A DNA stretch of 64,000 nt, taken from assembly GCA_051530055.1 (NCBI GenBank), contig CM121343.1, positions 3,628,389-3,692,388 on the forward strand, given 5' to 3'. Positions 12,964 to 25,236 of this stretch are shown here, piece after piece (the stretch's first letter is position 1; each line of letters opens with the position of its first letter). Origin of the DNA: Neoechinorhynchus agilis. Taxonomy: Eukaryota; Animalia; Acanthocephala. A program made the translations under genes and the position numbers. Under the pieces are notes generated by a model, which made no database searches, had not been told where the DNA came from, and worked only from the letters and a program-made list of their open reading frames with translations.

Positions 12964-13125
12964 CTCAGATTCATACTGCTCATCGGTGATTTTCGTCCAC
13001 TTTGGTTTTGAGTCATCGGCGATCGTGGATTTGAACCCTTTGACACTACAACAGGGATTCGGCACTAAATTTCACTTGACCACCTCAACACAACTTCGGA
13101 ATGTACAAGCTCAGCACGTTTTATA
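12964..13125 (-). mobile_element. Degenerate remnant of the 355-bp permuted-hammerhead family
   Basis: TTTCGTCCACTTTGG, CACTTGACCACCTCA and CGGAATGTACAA match the 9.7, 41.8 and 54.7 kb copies. Core decayed (CCGATGA). Confidence 0.6.
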
Positions 13126-13179
13126 CCTTGGGATAAGTGTTGAATACTTTAATGTCTACTATCAAGCCGGGTTTGAAAA

Positions 13180-14912
13180 TCTTTGTTTTTCTCGCGAAAT
13201 ATTTCTTAGCAATAAAATACTTTTTATCCGAGGAATATCTCCACCACAATTCTAACTTTATCATCCCGAAGGATTTTCTCTATATGACTTTTAAAAACAA
13301 GAATTGTCGTGAAGATACTCCTTCGGTTAAGAAATATTTCTTCGCAATAAAATATCTTTTAACTATGAGGGATATCTCCACCACGATTCTAACTTTATCA
13401 TCCCGAAGGATTTTCTTTATATGACTTTTAAAAAGTAGAATCGTCGTGAGGATACTCCCAGGATAAAGAGGTATTTTATTGCTCAGAAATACCTTTTAAC
13501 CAGGGGGAATATCTTCACCACAATTCTAACTTTATCATCCTGAAGGATTTTCTCTATATGACTTTTAAAAACTAGAATCGTCGTGAAGATACTCCTTCGC
13601 TTAAGAAATATTTCTTCGCAATAAAATATCTTTTAACTAAGAGGAATATCTCCACCACGATTCTAACTTTATCATCCCGAAGGATTTTCTTTATATGACT
13701 TTTAAAAAGTAGAATCGTCGTGAAGATACTCCCCGGATAAAGAGGTATTCTATTGCTCAGAAATACCTTTTAACCAAGGAGAATATCTCCACCACGATCC
13801 TAACATTATCATCCCGAAGGATTTTCTTTATATGACTTTTAAAAAGTAGAATCGTCGTGAAGATACTCCCCGGATAAAGAGGTATTCTATTGCTCAGAAA
13901 TACCTTTTAACCAAGGAGAATATCTCTACCACAATTCTAACTTTATCATCCCGAAGGATTTTCTCTATATGACTTTTGAAAACTAGAATCGTCGAGAAGA
14001 TACTCCCCGGATAAAGAGGTATTCTATTGCTCAGAAATACCTTTTAACCAAGGAGAATATCTACAATTCTAACTTTATCATCCCGAAGGATTTTCTCTAT
14101 ATGACTTTTGAAAACTAGAATCGTCGAGAAGATACTCCCCGGATAAAGAGGTATTCTATTGCTCAGAAATACCTTTAACCAAGGAGAATATCTCACCACA
14201 ATTCTAACTTTATCATCCCGAAGGATTTTCTCTATATGACTTTTGAAAACTAGAATCGTCGAGAAGATACTCCCCGGATAAAGAGGTATTCTATTGCTCA
14301 GAAATACCTTTTAACCAAGGAGAATATCTCCACCACAATTCTAACTTCATCCCGAAGGATTTTCTCTATATGACTTTTGAAAACTAGAATCGTCGAGAAG
14401 ATACTCCCCGGATAAAGAGGTATTCTATTGCTCAGAAATACCTTTTAACCAAGGAGAATATCTCCACCACGATTCTAACTTTATCATCCCGAAGGATTTT
14501 CTCTATATGACTTTTGAAAACTAGAATCGTCGAGAAGATACTCCCCGGATAAAGAGGTATTCTATTGCTCAGAAATACCTTTTAACCAAGGAGAATATCT
14601 CCACCACGATTCTAACTTTATCATCCCGAAGGATTTTCTCTATATGACTTTTGAAAACTAGAATCGTCGAGAAGATACTCCCCGGATAAAGAGGTATTCT
14701 ATTGCTCAGAAATACCTTTTAACCAAGGGGAATATCTCCACCACAATTCTAACTTTATCATCCCGAAGGATTTTCTCTATATGACTTTTGAAAACTAGAA
14801 TCGTCGAGAAGATACTCCCCTGATAAAGAGGTATTCTATTGCTCAGAAATACCTTTTAACCAAGGGGAATATCGTCACCACAATTCTAACTTTGTCATCC
14901 CGAAGGATTTTC
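13180..14912 (-). repeat. Tandem array of about 13 units of about 136 bp, each folding into a long hairpin
   Basis: TCATCCCGAAGGATTTTCTC recurs at a period of about 136 bp. Minus strand AGAATCGT...GAGATATTCTCC...GGAGTATCTTC...ACGATTCT is self-complementary. Confidence 0.95.
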
Positions 14913-15010
14913 GATTAAACGTCAGTATTTCTTGTACGATTCTTCCGTGTTTGGTTCTGCCGATCATGTTTGCGATGTACCATTAAGAAACCTACGATTT
15001 TGACAGAAAA

Positions 15011-17110
15011 ATGGCTGCCCTTCCTCGTGGACCAGGATTTCAGTCTATGCTGAAGGAGGGATCAAAGTACCTCGAGGGTGCCGATGACGTTTTAAATCGG
15101 AATATCGATGCTTGTGTCCTTTTGGCTAAATTGACATCAACTGGTTATGGGCCTTTTGGCCTGTCGAAGTTCGTGATCAATCACTTGGACAAACTTCAGG
15201 TTACAAGCGATGCTTCGACTATACTCAGTGAGGCTGAAGTCGATCAGCCGGCAGCAAGAATACTGGCTCAAGCCTGTCAGCAAATGGCGAAGGAAGTAGG
15301 TGATGGTACTAATTTTGTTTTACTTTTCGCTGCAAGCCTTCTTCAGCGTTCAAGACCGAATCTCTTGAGAATGGGGGTTCGTCCAGCTCAAATCATGGCT
15401 GGGTTTGAACTCGCTTACCAGAAAGCGCTTGAAGAGATGGATAACATAGTTGTTGATGAGATCAAAGATTTGTCTGAGGTGGATAAAGTATCCAATGTAC
15501 TTCGCTCAGTTATGTCGGCGAAGCAAGTCGGTTCCGTGCCACGTCTTAGTAGATTGCTAGCTGAAGCCTGCGTGGATGCGTCTAACGCTCGTCTTCATCG
15601 TAACGATGGTTCATCGACCTTTCTGGATGTGGATAATGTAAGGATATGCAAGATTCTTGGTGGATCAGTTGACCAGAGTTTTATTGTTCGTGGAATGGTT
15701 CTTAAGTCCGACGTTGAAGGTGATATAAAATCCCTTGTTAGCTCTGATGGATCTAATAACTTAAGAGTTGCAATGTATAGCTGTCCCGTTGATATCGCAG
15801 TGCTTGAGACGAAGGGAACGGTTCTTATGACAAATGCCGAGGAACTTCTGTCGTTTAGTAAAGGCGAAGAAAGTCGTTTGTATAATCAACTAAAGGCAAT
15901 CGCACAAACTGGTGTTCAAGTGATCGTGTCCGGTACAAAGTTCAGTGAGATGGCAATTCATTTTTGCAATCAGTTGGGCATGGTCGCCGTCAAATGTATC
16001 TCTAAATTTGATTTAAGGCGAGTTTCAAGGCTCACTCGTGCTTTCGTTCATCCAACACTGATCGTGCCTAAACCCCATGAAATCGGGTTTTGTTCAAAAG
16101 TTGCAGTTAGTGAGTTGGGACGTACGGCCATTACGCTGATAGAAACGAGCTTATCCGAAAGTGAACTGAGAGTAAATGAAATCATGACTGTTGTTTTAAG
16201 AGGTTCCACTATAGCATTCGCTCGCAGTTAAATCGAGAATCTTCACTATTAAAGTAGGAAAATGACTGTTGTTTTAAGAGGTTCCACTGTAGCATTCGCT
16301 CGCAGTTAAATCGAGAATCTTCACTATTAAAGTAGGAAAATGACTGTTGTTTTAAGAGGTTCCACTATAGCATTCGCTCGCAGTTAAATCGAGAATCTTC
16401 ACTGTTAAAGTAGGAAAATGACTGTTGTTTTAAGAGGTTCCACTATAGCATTCGCTCGCAGTTAAATCGAGAATCTTCACTATTAAAGTAGGAAAATAAT
16501 GACCCCCACCCACCCACCGCCTCCTTTTCATGAATAGTGAACATTTTGTGTTTGCTTCTCATGATCGTAGTAACTTTTGACTGCGAATCAATGCAATAAT
16601 GAAATATTGGACGATGCTGAGAGAGCTTGTAGCACGGCGGTTAATGTATTTAAAGCATTAACAAAAGATCAACGTTTAGTGGCAGGTGCAGGAGCTTTCG
16701 AAATCGAGATGGTTTGTCGGATCAATCAGTATGCCACGACTATCAATCAAGGACTTGATCGTTTCATAATTCAATGTTTTGCTGAATCGTTCGATTTGAT
16801 GCCGCGAATACTAGCTGATAATGCCGGTTTCAATGGAACAGAAATCTTAGCGCAGCTATATAATGCCCACCAACATGCGGGCATCAATGACGCTGGCATA
16901 GAGTTCGGTGATGGATCTCAAAAACCGAAGGTGGTCAGTGTCAAGGATATGGCGCCGTTTTCTGTCTATGATCCCTTGCACGTTAAGAAATGGGCACTAA
17001 AGCACGGCTACATGGCTGCTATTACTGTGCTTGGTGTCGACCGTTTGTTAGCCGCTAAACCTGCGGGTGGACCGAAATTAAAGGGATCATCAGGATGGGA
17101 TGAGGACTGA
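15011..17110 (+). CDS. CCT8: Chaperonin CCT subunit theta, interrupted at 16210-16598
   Basis: GYGPFGLSKFVINHLDKL, GDGTNFVLLFA, VVLRGST, RLVAGAGAFEIE, AAKPAGGPK...WDED. ORFs 15011-16231 and 16577-17110 are in the same frame. Confidence 0.95.
16183..16494 (+). repeat. Four tandem 78-bp units spanning the CCT8 exon end and the left end of the insert
   Basis: ATGACTGTTGTTTTAAGAGGTTCCACT(A/G)TAGCATTCGCTCGCAGTTAAA... recurs at 16183, 16261, 16339 and 16417. Confidence 0.95.
16210..16598 (+). other. TA-bounded intervening sequence with terminal inverted repeats in the CCT8 CDS (387 nt removed)
   Basis: Left TATAGCATTCGCTCGCAGTTAAA vs right reverse complement TATTGCATTGATTCGCAGTCAAA (18/23). Removal gives VLRGST-NEILDDAER. 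No AG acceptor between 16571 and 16598. Confidence 0.8.
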
Positions 17111-17654
17111 TTATGGTTTAAACAATGAGATTGAATTTGGCGAATAAAACGGCATTAAAATGATGGATTAGGCGCTGAGCTGAAATTTAGACCATGCATT
17201 TATGAGCTATACCTAATCAGTAATGTCAATTTACCAACGCTCGTTTACAAGAACAAATTATCCGGCTTTAATTTTGGAATTTAAATTATAATCATGCGCT
17301 GTTTGTTGCGCTAAAAACATTCTATTGAAAATGTATACAAGCCAATTCCGATCTTTTAGTCGACTGCAGCTTTTTAATTGGAAGCATTTGTCTTCATCGA
17401 AAACAGATTCAGACACAACGATCTTCTCTAAATTCAGAAAATCACTCAGCGAATTAGAATCATTCTATTGAGCTGAATTTAGGAGAAAATTTGTTGGCAA
17501 TCGAAAACATATAGACCTTGCATTAGTCTTCAAATAGGTGCCAGAAATCCAACCACGCTTCCCCGCCATTGACAAGTGCCCACCATCGTCTCAACGTCTA
17601 GTTTTGCAATGGTCAACCAGATCTGTGATCACAGGAGATGATCTCGGTAACACT

Positions 17655-18115
17655 CGTGAGGACTTTGGGTCCTCATTCCTTGCTCTTCTTTTGGTGATGG
17701 AAAGCAATATAATGAATCAAATTGGATTGATCTTTCACTCAGGAACACATAGAAGAAAACCCTGACGAATCTGAGGTGGCCAACGACGACGATGTCGGAA
17801 ATCCAACCACCCTTTAGTGGGAAACTCTAAAATACGGGACTACCCAGCAAAACTATGTCGGTTGGGACTTCGAGGGCCATTCGCCACCACGCTTTCCGGA
17901 CAGGTCTTTTAGAAAACCTGAACATTGGTACGCAAAAGGGACTGGTGGAAGTTCTCAACGGTGATCCAGAATCTGCGGAGACTGGGCGTGGGTACTTTGG
18001 GTCCTCATTCCTTGCTCTTCTTTTGGTGATGGAAAGCAATATAATGAATCAAATTGGATTGATCTTCCACTTAGGAACACATAGAAGAAAACCCTTACGA
18101 ATCTGAGGTGGCCAA
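17655..18115. repeat. Direct repeat of about 125 bp, two copies about 340 bp apart
   Basis: ACTTTGGGTCCTCATTCCTTGC...GAATCTGAGGTGGCCAA at about 17660-17782 and about 17995-18115. Confidence 0.85.
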
Positions 18116-19315
18116 AAACGTTTCTTCAAATCCGAATTTATGTTCTTTTTTTAAACCATTTGGACATTTAAATGGTATTTGATTAAGTTTGGGAGTCTTT
18201 ATCATAAATCAAAGGCAAAGAAAATGAAGGCGTACAGCAATCCCTTTTGCCTAATCATGAAAGTCATAATTAGTACGTTATTAACATTCGACGAGTTGCA
18301 GTTTTTGAAACGACAAATTTTATCGTCTTTAATGTTTACGATTCATCAACCAAAGGAAAAAGGTGAAAAAAACGTCAGTATAAAAGGCGAACTGTTCGAT
18401 AAACTCGTCTAAACCCAATATTCGGAATTCGGAAATTTTGTACACAAAGTAAGAAATCCAAAATGTGTGTGTTTAATATATAAAATTCTTTATAGAAGAT
18501 TGCAGAGTTGGGCAGTTGCTTCACATGGCAAGACGTTATGCAAAAATCTAAGAATGTAGAATATCGGAAACTTTAGTGGGTAACCTAATTTTTCTCTTAA
18601 TGGACTTCGAGACACGTTTCCAATAATAATCTGTTTAAAATTGTCAGATAAGTCTTCTTATTGAAACCCTTAGGGACCGCCATATTCGTCAGGGATTCGC
18701 TGACTTGACATACATTCGTACGGAATATTACATTACCTTTTCAGAAAAAATCGATTGCCATTTGTTCACTAATTAATCACTATAATTTTAAATCTTAAAA
18801 ACAAGCATAATCCTGCGAGGGAGGATATAAGCGTTAAAGGGCACATTTTAAAAGCTTGTAGCCGTTAAATCACTTTATTTTCTGTGATGGAATGCTAATC
18901 AATCATTGCTATTTTGCCATCAAAAGAAACGGTCCGAAAATTCGTTCGAATATTGAACAATATTTGCTGTTGTCGTCGGAGCACGAGTAGTGGCAGTTCC
19001 ATAGCAAGCCAGATAACAAAGATGATAGAGCAAAAGATGGTGTAATCGAACGGAAAATTGTGAAGGAAAAAGATGTGACGTGTAGTTTTCTGAAACGATT
19101 CTCCAAGGTTTAAAACTAAGGGATTGATTGGAGATGCCTACGATGCGAATTTTGGCATTTGAGCACAATTTTTTGATTGACCATTTGGTAGGCGATAATC
19201 CCTAAAATCACCATCAACCTCACTAAGGATTCCATTTCATCGAGTTTTCCAGAAGATCCTTAATGAAAATGTACCTAAGCGCTAATAAAAACCAATGCAA
19301 CCGAAATATTAATCC

Positions 19316-19640
19316 GTGTGCTTTATTAAAGTTTCAACATCGATCATTTACAAAAGTGTTACTTTTGCTAATGACATAACTTTTGTAATTAAAAAACTCA
19401 CAGGGTTTAAATCAGATAAAACTGCGCTGATCCAACAATATATTGATTATCATATTTCATTTTTATCTAAAATGAACTTATTCCTAAATGAATCAAAAAC
19501 ACAGTGTATTTCTAAAATGCTCGGTCCATTAGGCAAGATCTTAAGCTCTTCTTCAATAATCAACACCCCTCACAATCTACGCATCCTCGGGCACACTTTC
19601 AATGTTAATCTTTCACCCAAATTTGATGTTAATAAAATGA
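19316..19640 (+). mobile_element. Degenerate non-LTR retrotransposon RT fragment (C-terminal RT motifs)
   Basis: TFANDITF (YADD-like), LNESKTQCI and LRILGHTF resemble LINE RT motifs 5-7. Confidence 0.55.
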
Positions 19641-19644
19641 AAAA

Positions 19645-19795
19645 CCATCGACAGAGAAAATCCTTCGGGATAATCAAAGTATAATTTTGGTGAAAATAAT
19701 CAGAGGAAATATTTCGAAGGAGGTAACCTCGTTTCCTCAGTCAATAAATCATATATTTTATGACCGGGATTATTTTCACCAAAAGTATAAAATGA
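19645..19795 (+). mobile_element. Second GAGAAAATCCTTCGGG hairpin element, with a degenerate hammerhead in the loop (minus strand)
   Basis: Same head and arm as the 11585 element. Loop reverse complement GA CTGAGGA AACGAGG-TTA-CCTCCTTC GAAA TATT TC. Confidence 0.6.
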
Positions 19796-19924
19796 AAAAC
19801 GATTTTTAGAATACCAAAATCTAAGGCGAACTATGACAGTAAACTTTTATATCTCGAATATATATTTAACATTGTTGATAAAATATGGTGAAGAAAATAA
19901 GAACTGAGAAATTCGATTTTATTG

Positions 19925-19958
19925 TGAAATTTCGGCCTTAGCGTAGGCCTTCTTCAGA
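19925..19958 (-). ncRNA. Degenerate minimal hammerhead core of the extra-nucleotide family
   Basis: CTGAAGA A GGCC-TACGCTAA-GGCC GAAA TTTC. Stem I reduced to about 2 bp. Confidence 0.45.
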
Positions 19959-21218
19959 CCCGTCGGCCTAGTTTTTCCTGAGAGGTCGACCCCATCTTAA
20001 ACATAAACCACCGTTCATAAGAGCTTCTATGGAGCATTTAGACTTATTGCCTCGTAATCAGGCGACCGGTGAATTGAAGGACTTTTGCGTCCAAAGGTTT
20101 GAGAAATGGACAAAGTGATTATTGCATAAATAAATTTGTATGCATCTTAATAATGAATAGACCGGTATAATTATTTAAACCGAAAAAGATTATTCAGAAG
20201 AGAGTACACAAGATTTTACAAAGCGTTCTTAACGAAACGATTATACCTTCTAAAGATTTTATAGAGCATTTAGACTTATTGCCTCGTTAGTAGGTGACCG
20301 GTGAACTGAAGGACTTTTGCGTCCAAAGGTTTGAGAAAGGTAATAAAAGGGTGCAACTTTGCGCCAACAAAAACTTTCAATGTCTCGGATTATGGTCTTC
20401 GACGGGGGGGGAGAGGCTTTCTTTTGGTAGTTTTGCCACCCCGTCGTCGGATTGCAAAATCCACTACTCTATATTTCGCCGACATATTTCACCTCTCGGA
20501 TAATTCCGACATTATCTAAAATACAAACATTATAGAGTTTTTTCGTCAAAACCCCGTTCCCGGACTCATTTGTCCACTAGAATCCTCTGAGCTAGAGTAC
20601 CACTGCCTTTTCAATGGCAATTTTAAACTGGCTTTATTACCTTCGATTGGTTGAACCGAGCAGTCTAACGCTATAATGTTTGTGTTTTAAATGATAAATC
20701 TTGGGGGGGGCAAAACTACCAAAAGGACGGAAAAAGTTTTTAAACACGATGAAATCATCGTCGCTAAGCAACTCAAGTGTCCATTAGTCACAAAAACGAG
20801 GCTCCGTAAAGTTTCATTATTCACGATAAATTTCGACAAGCTCTAAAGAGTAAAAAGGGTCAGCAATTTGATGTGATCTTAAAAAGTTCATTTGTTTCGG
20901 TTCTCAGATCCAAGAACGGGTTAGACTAATTTTTAAAGTTTCATCGAAGCTAGTTTATGAGAACATATACATTGTTTAGTGAAGTTGGCACGAATTCGTA
21001 TGATTCGAAACAAAATCAAAGCGTCAGTCTAAGAATGAAGGAAAGTCTTAAGTTGTCACAAGAAACAAATAGACGTGAAATCTTACGTTACTATGTAAGA
21101 AGTTTTAATTTGCGAATGGCTATATAGGTAAGAACAAACTCTGCGCCGGTTGCGTGGATTTAGGGTGCCCATAGTGGTTCGAAATTAATTAAAGAAAAGT
21201 AAATATCCTACGCGTGAA

Positions 21219-24200
21219 ATGCGAAGGGTTCCTGACGCTCAGGACTGGACGACGGCGCGCGCATATCCGTTTGATGCTGTTCGTAAGAGGGCGTTTCCAA
21301 TGCGATCTCGGACAGATTGGGAGGAAGCTGGTGGACGAGTGTTGGCCGTCGATAAGAAGGAGCGACCCGCGATAAAGATGCGGAAAGTTGAATTGCGAAA
21401 CGATAAGCCGATGTATTTGCAGCCGTCACTAAATTCATCTCTGAGATCGTCGACGTCCGCCGGAGCGCGAAATGTGTTTGGTATCGGTATTGATTCGGCC
21501 ATTTTTGAGTATGACGCGATTTCCAAGAAATTATTGATTGATGTTCAGATGAGTAAGGCGTACGACGACTTTACGTCTGGAGGTCGGCATCTCAGTACGA
21601 CTCTGGACACTTTTGTTCAGCGATCGAATGACGACAAACGTCGACTTATGCTTGCATGGTTGTATGATGTCTTAAACAGTAATAATAAAGGAAGTCTTGG
21701 CGATGGTAAGTTGGATGATATTGTTAAGAGAATAGGGAGCTTTGGAGTTCATAAGGAATACATTTTGGACGTAATGAAAGATCTCACTTCTCGATATTAT
21801 CGTCAATTGTTGACTGTAGTGAAGGATCGTCTTTTGCGTGCTATCGACAAGTGTTTTACCGCTGATTCTGGAATTCGATCTTACGATATGATTATTGGTC
21901 TTTTACGACACGTGAGAAGTGGTGACAGCAGCCAGTTAAACCTTCATCTCACCAGTCATGTTATCTATATGCTTAATAGACATTATCCGGAAATTAAACG
22001 GAGACCCATTGTTGTCTCGAGCTCATTGTATGCAATCACCCGAATCGCCTATGATCATTTCATGTGCCAAATTGAAGCGAGTAGTGGTAAGACGACGACT
22101 GTTGTTGATCCAACCAAACTTAAACCTAGTCAGTTCCCCTTACCTGTCCCGGATGGAGGAAACGAAACAAAAGCAGCTAACCGAGAACTTCTCGATTTTG
22201 TCCTTCAAAAAGAAATCGGGTTTTGCTGTCGGGTTTTACGCGACGATATTAAGTATGCAAAACTAATCGGAAGAGACTATATACGGATTCTACAACCACT
22301 TCTCAAAATTGGAAAATTCAGGCGGTTCTGGTGCTCGTTACTTAACAAGAAAGAGGATCTCAGGGCAATTCTGTCAACTCCAACTGACCCATTTTATATC
22401 ATAACCAGAATTCCGTGTGAAATTGAACGCGACTGTTTCTTCATGTGCGTTGAAACTCGTTTTGCTAGTACTCAAATCGAATTCCACTTGAGGTGGATCG
22501 ACAGGTACATTAAGAAAGTGCCCGGTGGAACGTCTTCTAGTCTAAAAGTGGACATTATACGATATTTGGTCTATGTACTCGGATCTGTTTCAACTTTGGC
22601 ACATATCAAGCAACCTCAAGATGCACAAGCAAGAGAACGACTTATAGATGGCCTTCTTACTTCTGTACAATGCCCATTTATCGCTTATCAATGCCGACTC
22701 GCAATATATTTCGACTTGATTCTCCCATTGGCTCATCCTTTACAAAACCATTTAGCAGCTATAGAATGTGGATTCACTCTGGCTGCTCAAATCCCACAGT
22801 TCACTAATTGTTACCGAAACGCTTGCGCTCTTGTTGACTTTTTGGCTCGTCAATGCGACATTTTTGCGCCGTTTAATGAGTGGTTCATCGCGAATGCCCG
22901 TCGATCACTTGAAGTTTTATTGCTTTTCGGTCGAACCGATGAGCGAGTTTTGTCTGTTTTGAGACAGAAAGTTACTAAAGCACTCAAATTCATATCTGGT
23001 GATTCAATGAGCACTTATTTTGTGTCTAATGGTTATCTAAGCCTAAAAGATCGAGTCTTGAGAAGCAACTTTTTCCGGATATTCTCTACATTGGTAACCG
23101 ATCAGTTTACAATACGAACTCTGTGGCACAAAAATCTGTCTAATAGTCGCAAACCCGTTTCGATGGACGATAACACCAAAGACACTTTGGAGGATGGCGA
23201 GTTAGTAGATTCCTGGTCTCCTTCGCCGGACAAATTAATAAAGAAAATCCTAGAAAAAATGTTGAGGAATCTGAACGAGGACTCATCAAACCTGAATTCA
23301 GTATTTACTTCGTATTTGATCGAGATTTCGAAAATGCGGAACTCTCTACACTTGGTCGAAAAAGTGCATTTCATTGTGCACAACTTCATAAACGATGCAC
23401 TTATTGACTTTCGAATTCATCCATTGGAATGTCGGCTATGGAGTGCGAGAGCATGCAATCTCGTTCGGACACGTACATTCGACCAGAATTCAATATTTGC
23501 TCCAATAAGGGCACTGCTTTCGATTGATGACGTTAACAATCAAGTAGTTTTATTGAAGATAATCAAATTAGTTCATAACAAGCAGTCTAAATATGCATCG
23601 TTGGTTTTGCTTGCCTTGTCAGTGATCAGCGCAGAAGAGCGTGAGGTCTTAGAAAAGATATACTCTGAATTTGAGAAAGACGTTCCAATATGCTCTTCAA
23701 TCAAAAAACATTTATTATCATCTGAATGGCATTTACACTTGTTCTTTTTCCTTCTTCCTTATGTTATGGTTACTTACCCAACTCTAAGAGGCGACTATGA
23801 CATTATATCAATGGCCTGTAAGTACTTGTCTGATCGTCGATTAACGGATTATACAATGGCTCACATTTTCGATACATTTACTCTGTTTAGTCAAGATTCA
23901 ATCAAAACGAACGTAATCAAAAGTCAGCAAATGAGTTTGCACGCCCAAGATGTGTTCTGGCACCTTTTAGGTGCATCGACACAAGCAGTTCCACCGAGCA
24001 CTTATTTGGAAGTATTCACGAATTCAATCAGTAACAACATTGATTCTCATATTACTCTCATTCTAAAACGACAATGCCAACCCACGGAACAAATGATCGG
24101 TATGGTCCTACGCCGAAAACCTGATAATTTCAGTGAGGCCGTGATCGACGGGTGGTGCCGAAACCTTAAAAACGAAGGAAAACATTTAAATGATATTGCT

Positions 24201-24338
24201 AATATTTTCATTGCAGCCGCACGGGCAATTAATGACCCAGAAGCGCTCGCTAAACATCTTAAAGGAAGGAAAGACCAATATCTTCTCACATCGGAAAATC
24301 TAGTCAATTTCTTAGATACACGCGCGCCGCCGTTGTAG
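21219..24338 (+). CDS. INTS3: Integrator complex subunit 3 (SOSS-A), single ORF
   Basis: Central region FCCRVLRDDIKYAKLIGRDYIRILQ...SLKVDIIRYL...CRLAIYFDL matches the INTS3 N-terminal domain pattern. True start codon uncertain. Confidence 0.8.
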   Translation: MRRVPDAQDWTTARAYPFDAVRKRAFPMRSRTDWEEAGGRVLAVDKKERPAIKMRKVELRNDKPMYLQPSLNSSLRSSTSAGARNVFGIGIDSAIFEYDAISKKLLIDVQMSKAYDDFTSGGRHLSTTLDTFVQRSNDDKRRLMLAWLYDVLNSNNKGSLGDGKLDDIVKRIGSFGVHKEYILDVMKDLTSRYYRQLLTVVKDRLLRAIDKCFTADSGIRSYDMIIGLLRHVRSGDSSQLNLHLTSHVIYMLNRHYPEIKRRPIVVSSSLYAITRIAYDHFMCQIEASSGKTTTVVDPTKLKPSQFPLPVPDGGNETKAANRELLDFVLQKEIGFCCRVLRDDIKYAKLIGRDYIRILQPLLKIGKFRRFWCSLLNKKEDLRAILSTPTDPFYIITRIPCEIERDCFFMCVETRFASTQIEFHLRWIDRYIKKVPGGTSSSLKVDIIRYLVYVLGSVSTLAHIKQPQDAQARERLIDGLLTSVQCPFIAYQCRLAIYFDLILPLAHPLQNHLAAIECGFTLAAQIPQFTNCYRNACALVDFLARQCDIFAPFNEWFIANARRSLEVLLLFGRTDERVLSVLRQKVTKALKFISGDSMSTYFVSNGYLSLKDRVLRSNFFRIFSTLVTDQFTIRTLWHKNLSNSRKPVSMDDNTKDTLEDGELVDSWSPSPDKLIKKILEKMLRNLNEDSSNLNSVFTSYLIEISKMRNSLHLVEKVHFIVHNFINDALIDFRIHPLECRLWSARACNLVRTRTFDQNSIFAPIRALLSIDDVNNQVVLLKIIKLVHNKQSKYASLVLLALSVISAEEREVLEKIYSEFEKDVPICSSIKKHLLSSEWHLHLFFFLLPYVMVTYPTLRGDYDIISMACKYLSDRRLTDYTMAHIFDTFTLFSQDSIKTNVIKSQQMSLHAQDVFWHLLGASTQAVPPSTYLEVFTNSISNNIDSHITLILKRQCQPTEQMIGMVLRRKPDNFSEAVIDGWCRNLKNEGKHLNDIANIFIAAARAINDPEALAKHLKGRKDQYLLTSENLVNFLDTRAPPL

Positions 24339-25236
24339 TCGCTCTTCGACCACGACGACGGTTGAACGATTGAGCCTAACTATATATGTATACATATATA
24401 TATACATATGTATAAGTATATACATTACACAAATATGTGCCAAGTTGTAAATTGATTGATTTTTTTGTAATGTTGACTCTGAATCTTGTAGTGAAGCGTT
24501 TTGGGTACTCGCATTTTGGTTTTTAAACAACACTTTTGTTTCTGACCATGAAACCTACTCTTTTTTATTATCGACAAATGAATCTTTACATGCCATTTTG
24601 AACCTAAAAAAGTCAGGTTGGCGAATTTTGAAAGGCCATTTATTAGCCTAGTTTTGAGTTTAATCTTCTTATAAAAAGGGTTAAGTTGATGTAAATGTTT
24701 TGTTGTTCATTATCGATTGTTCATGGGGAAAGTTTTAATGTTACTCAATGAAACGCAATAATGTAAAAGTACCTTTTTGCTCCTTTATACAACCCGAGAA
24801 ATGATCAATTTTTAGGTGAGTTCTCATTTCCGGGAACCCTTGTGCCTCACATGAAGTCTTCGAAATCTTCTTTGAGTGACTTAGCACTGTTTAAATTGTC
24901 TTGTTTTTGACTGCGTCATCGTCTTAAACTTTAATGTGATCCTCAGTCAATCAAACCCTCGCAGAAAAAGTATATTAATATGAATGATGTTTAATTGAAC
25001 ACTACTTTTGGGGTTTCACTACAATTTCCCATACGGACTTACTAAAAGTTGGTTTTTAGTGCCGCGCAACATTCGTTTAAAAACAAAATTTCGTCTTTAG
25101 AAAATAACGCGCTGAATTCACCCAAATTTAAACCGGAATATTCCATGGATCTAAGCTTATCTCCGAGTTCTTCAATATTTTACATAAAACGAAATGTCAC
25201 ATATCATTGTCCTCGGGGTAAATTTGATTGTATGTT

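Noticed and set aside
17755-17812. CTGACGA...GAAA as a hammerhead
   Set aside because: No convincing stem II or stem I, and the duplicate copy has CTTACGA.
20404-20728. 22-bp inverted repeats (CTTTTGGTAGTTTTGCC) about 300 bp apart
   Set aside because: Probably an old MITE, but no TSD or second copy was seen, so it was not called.
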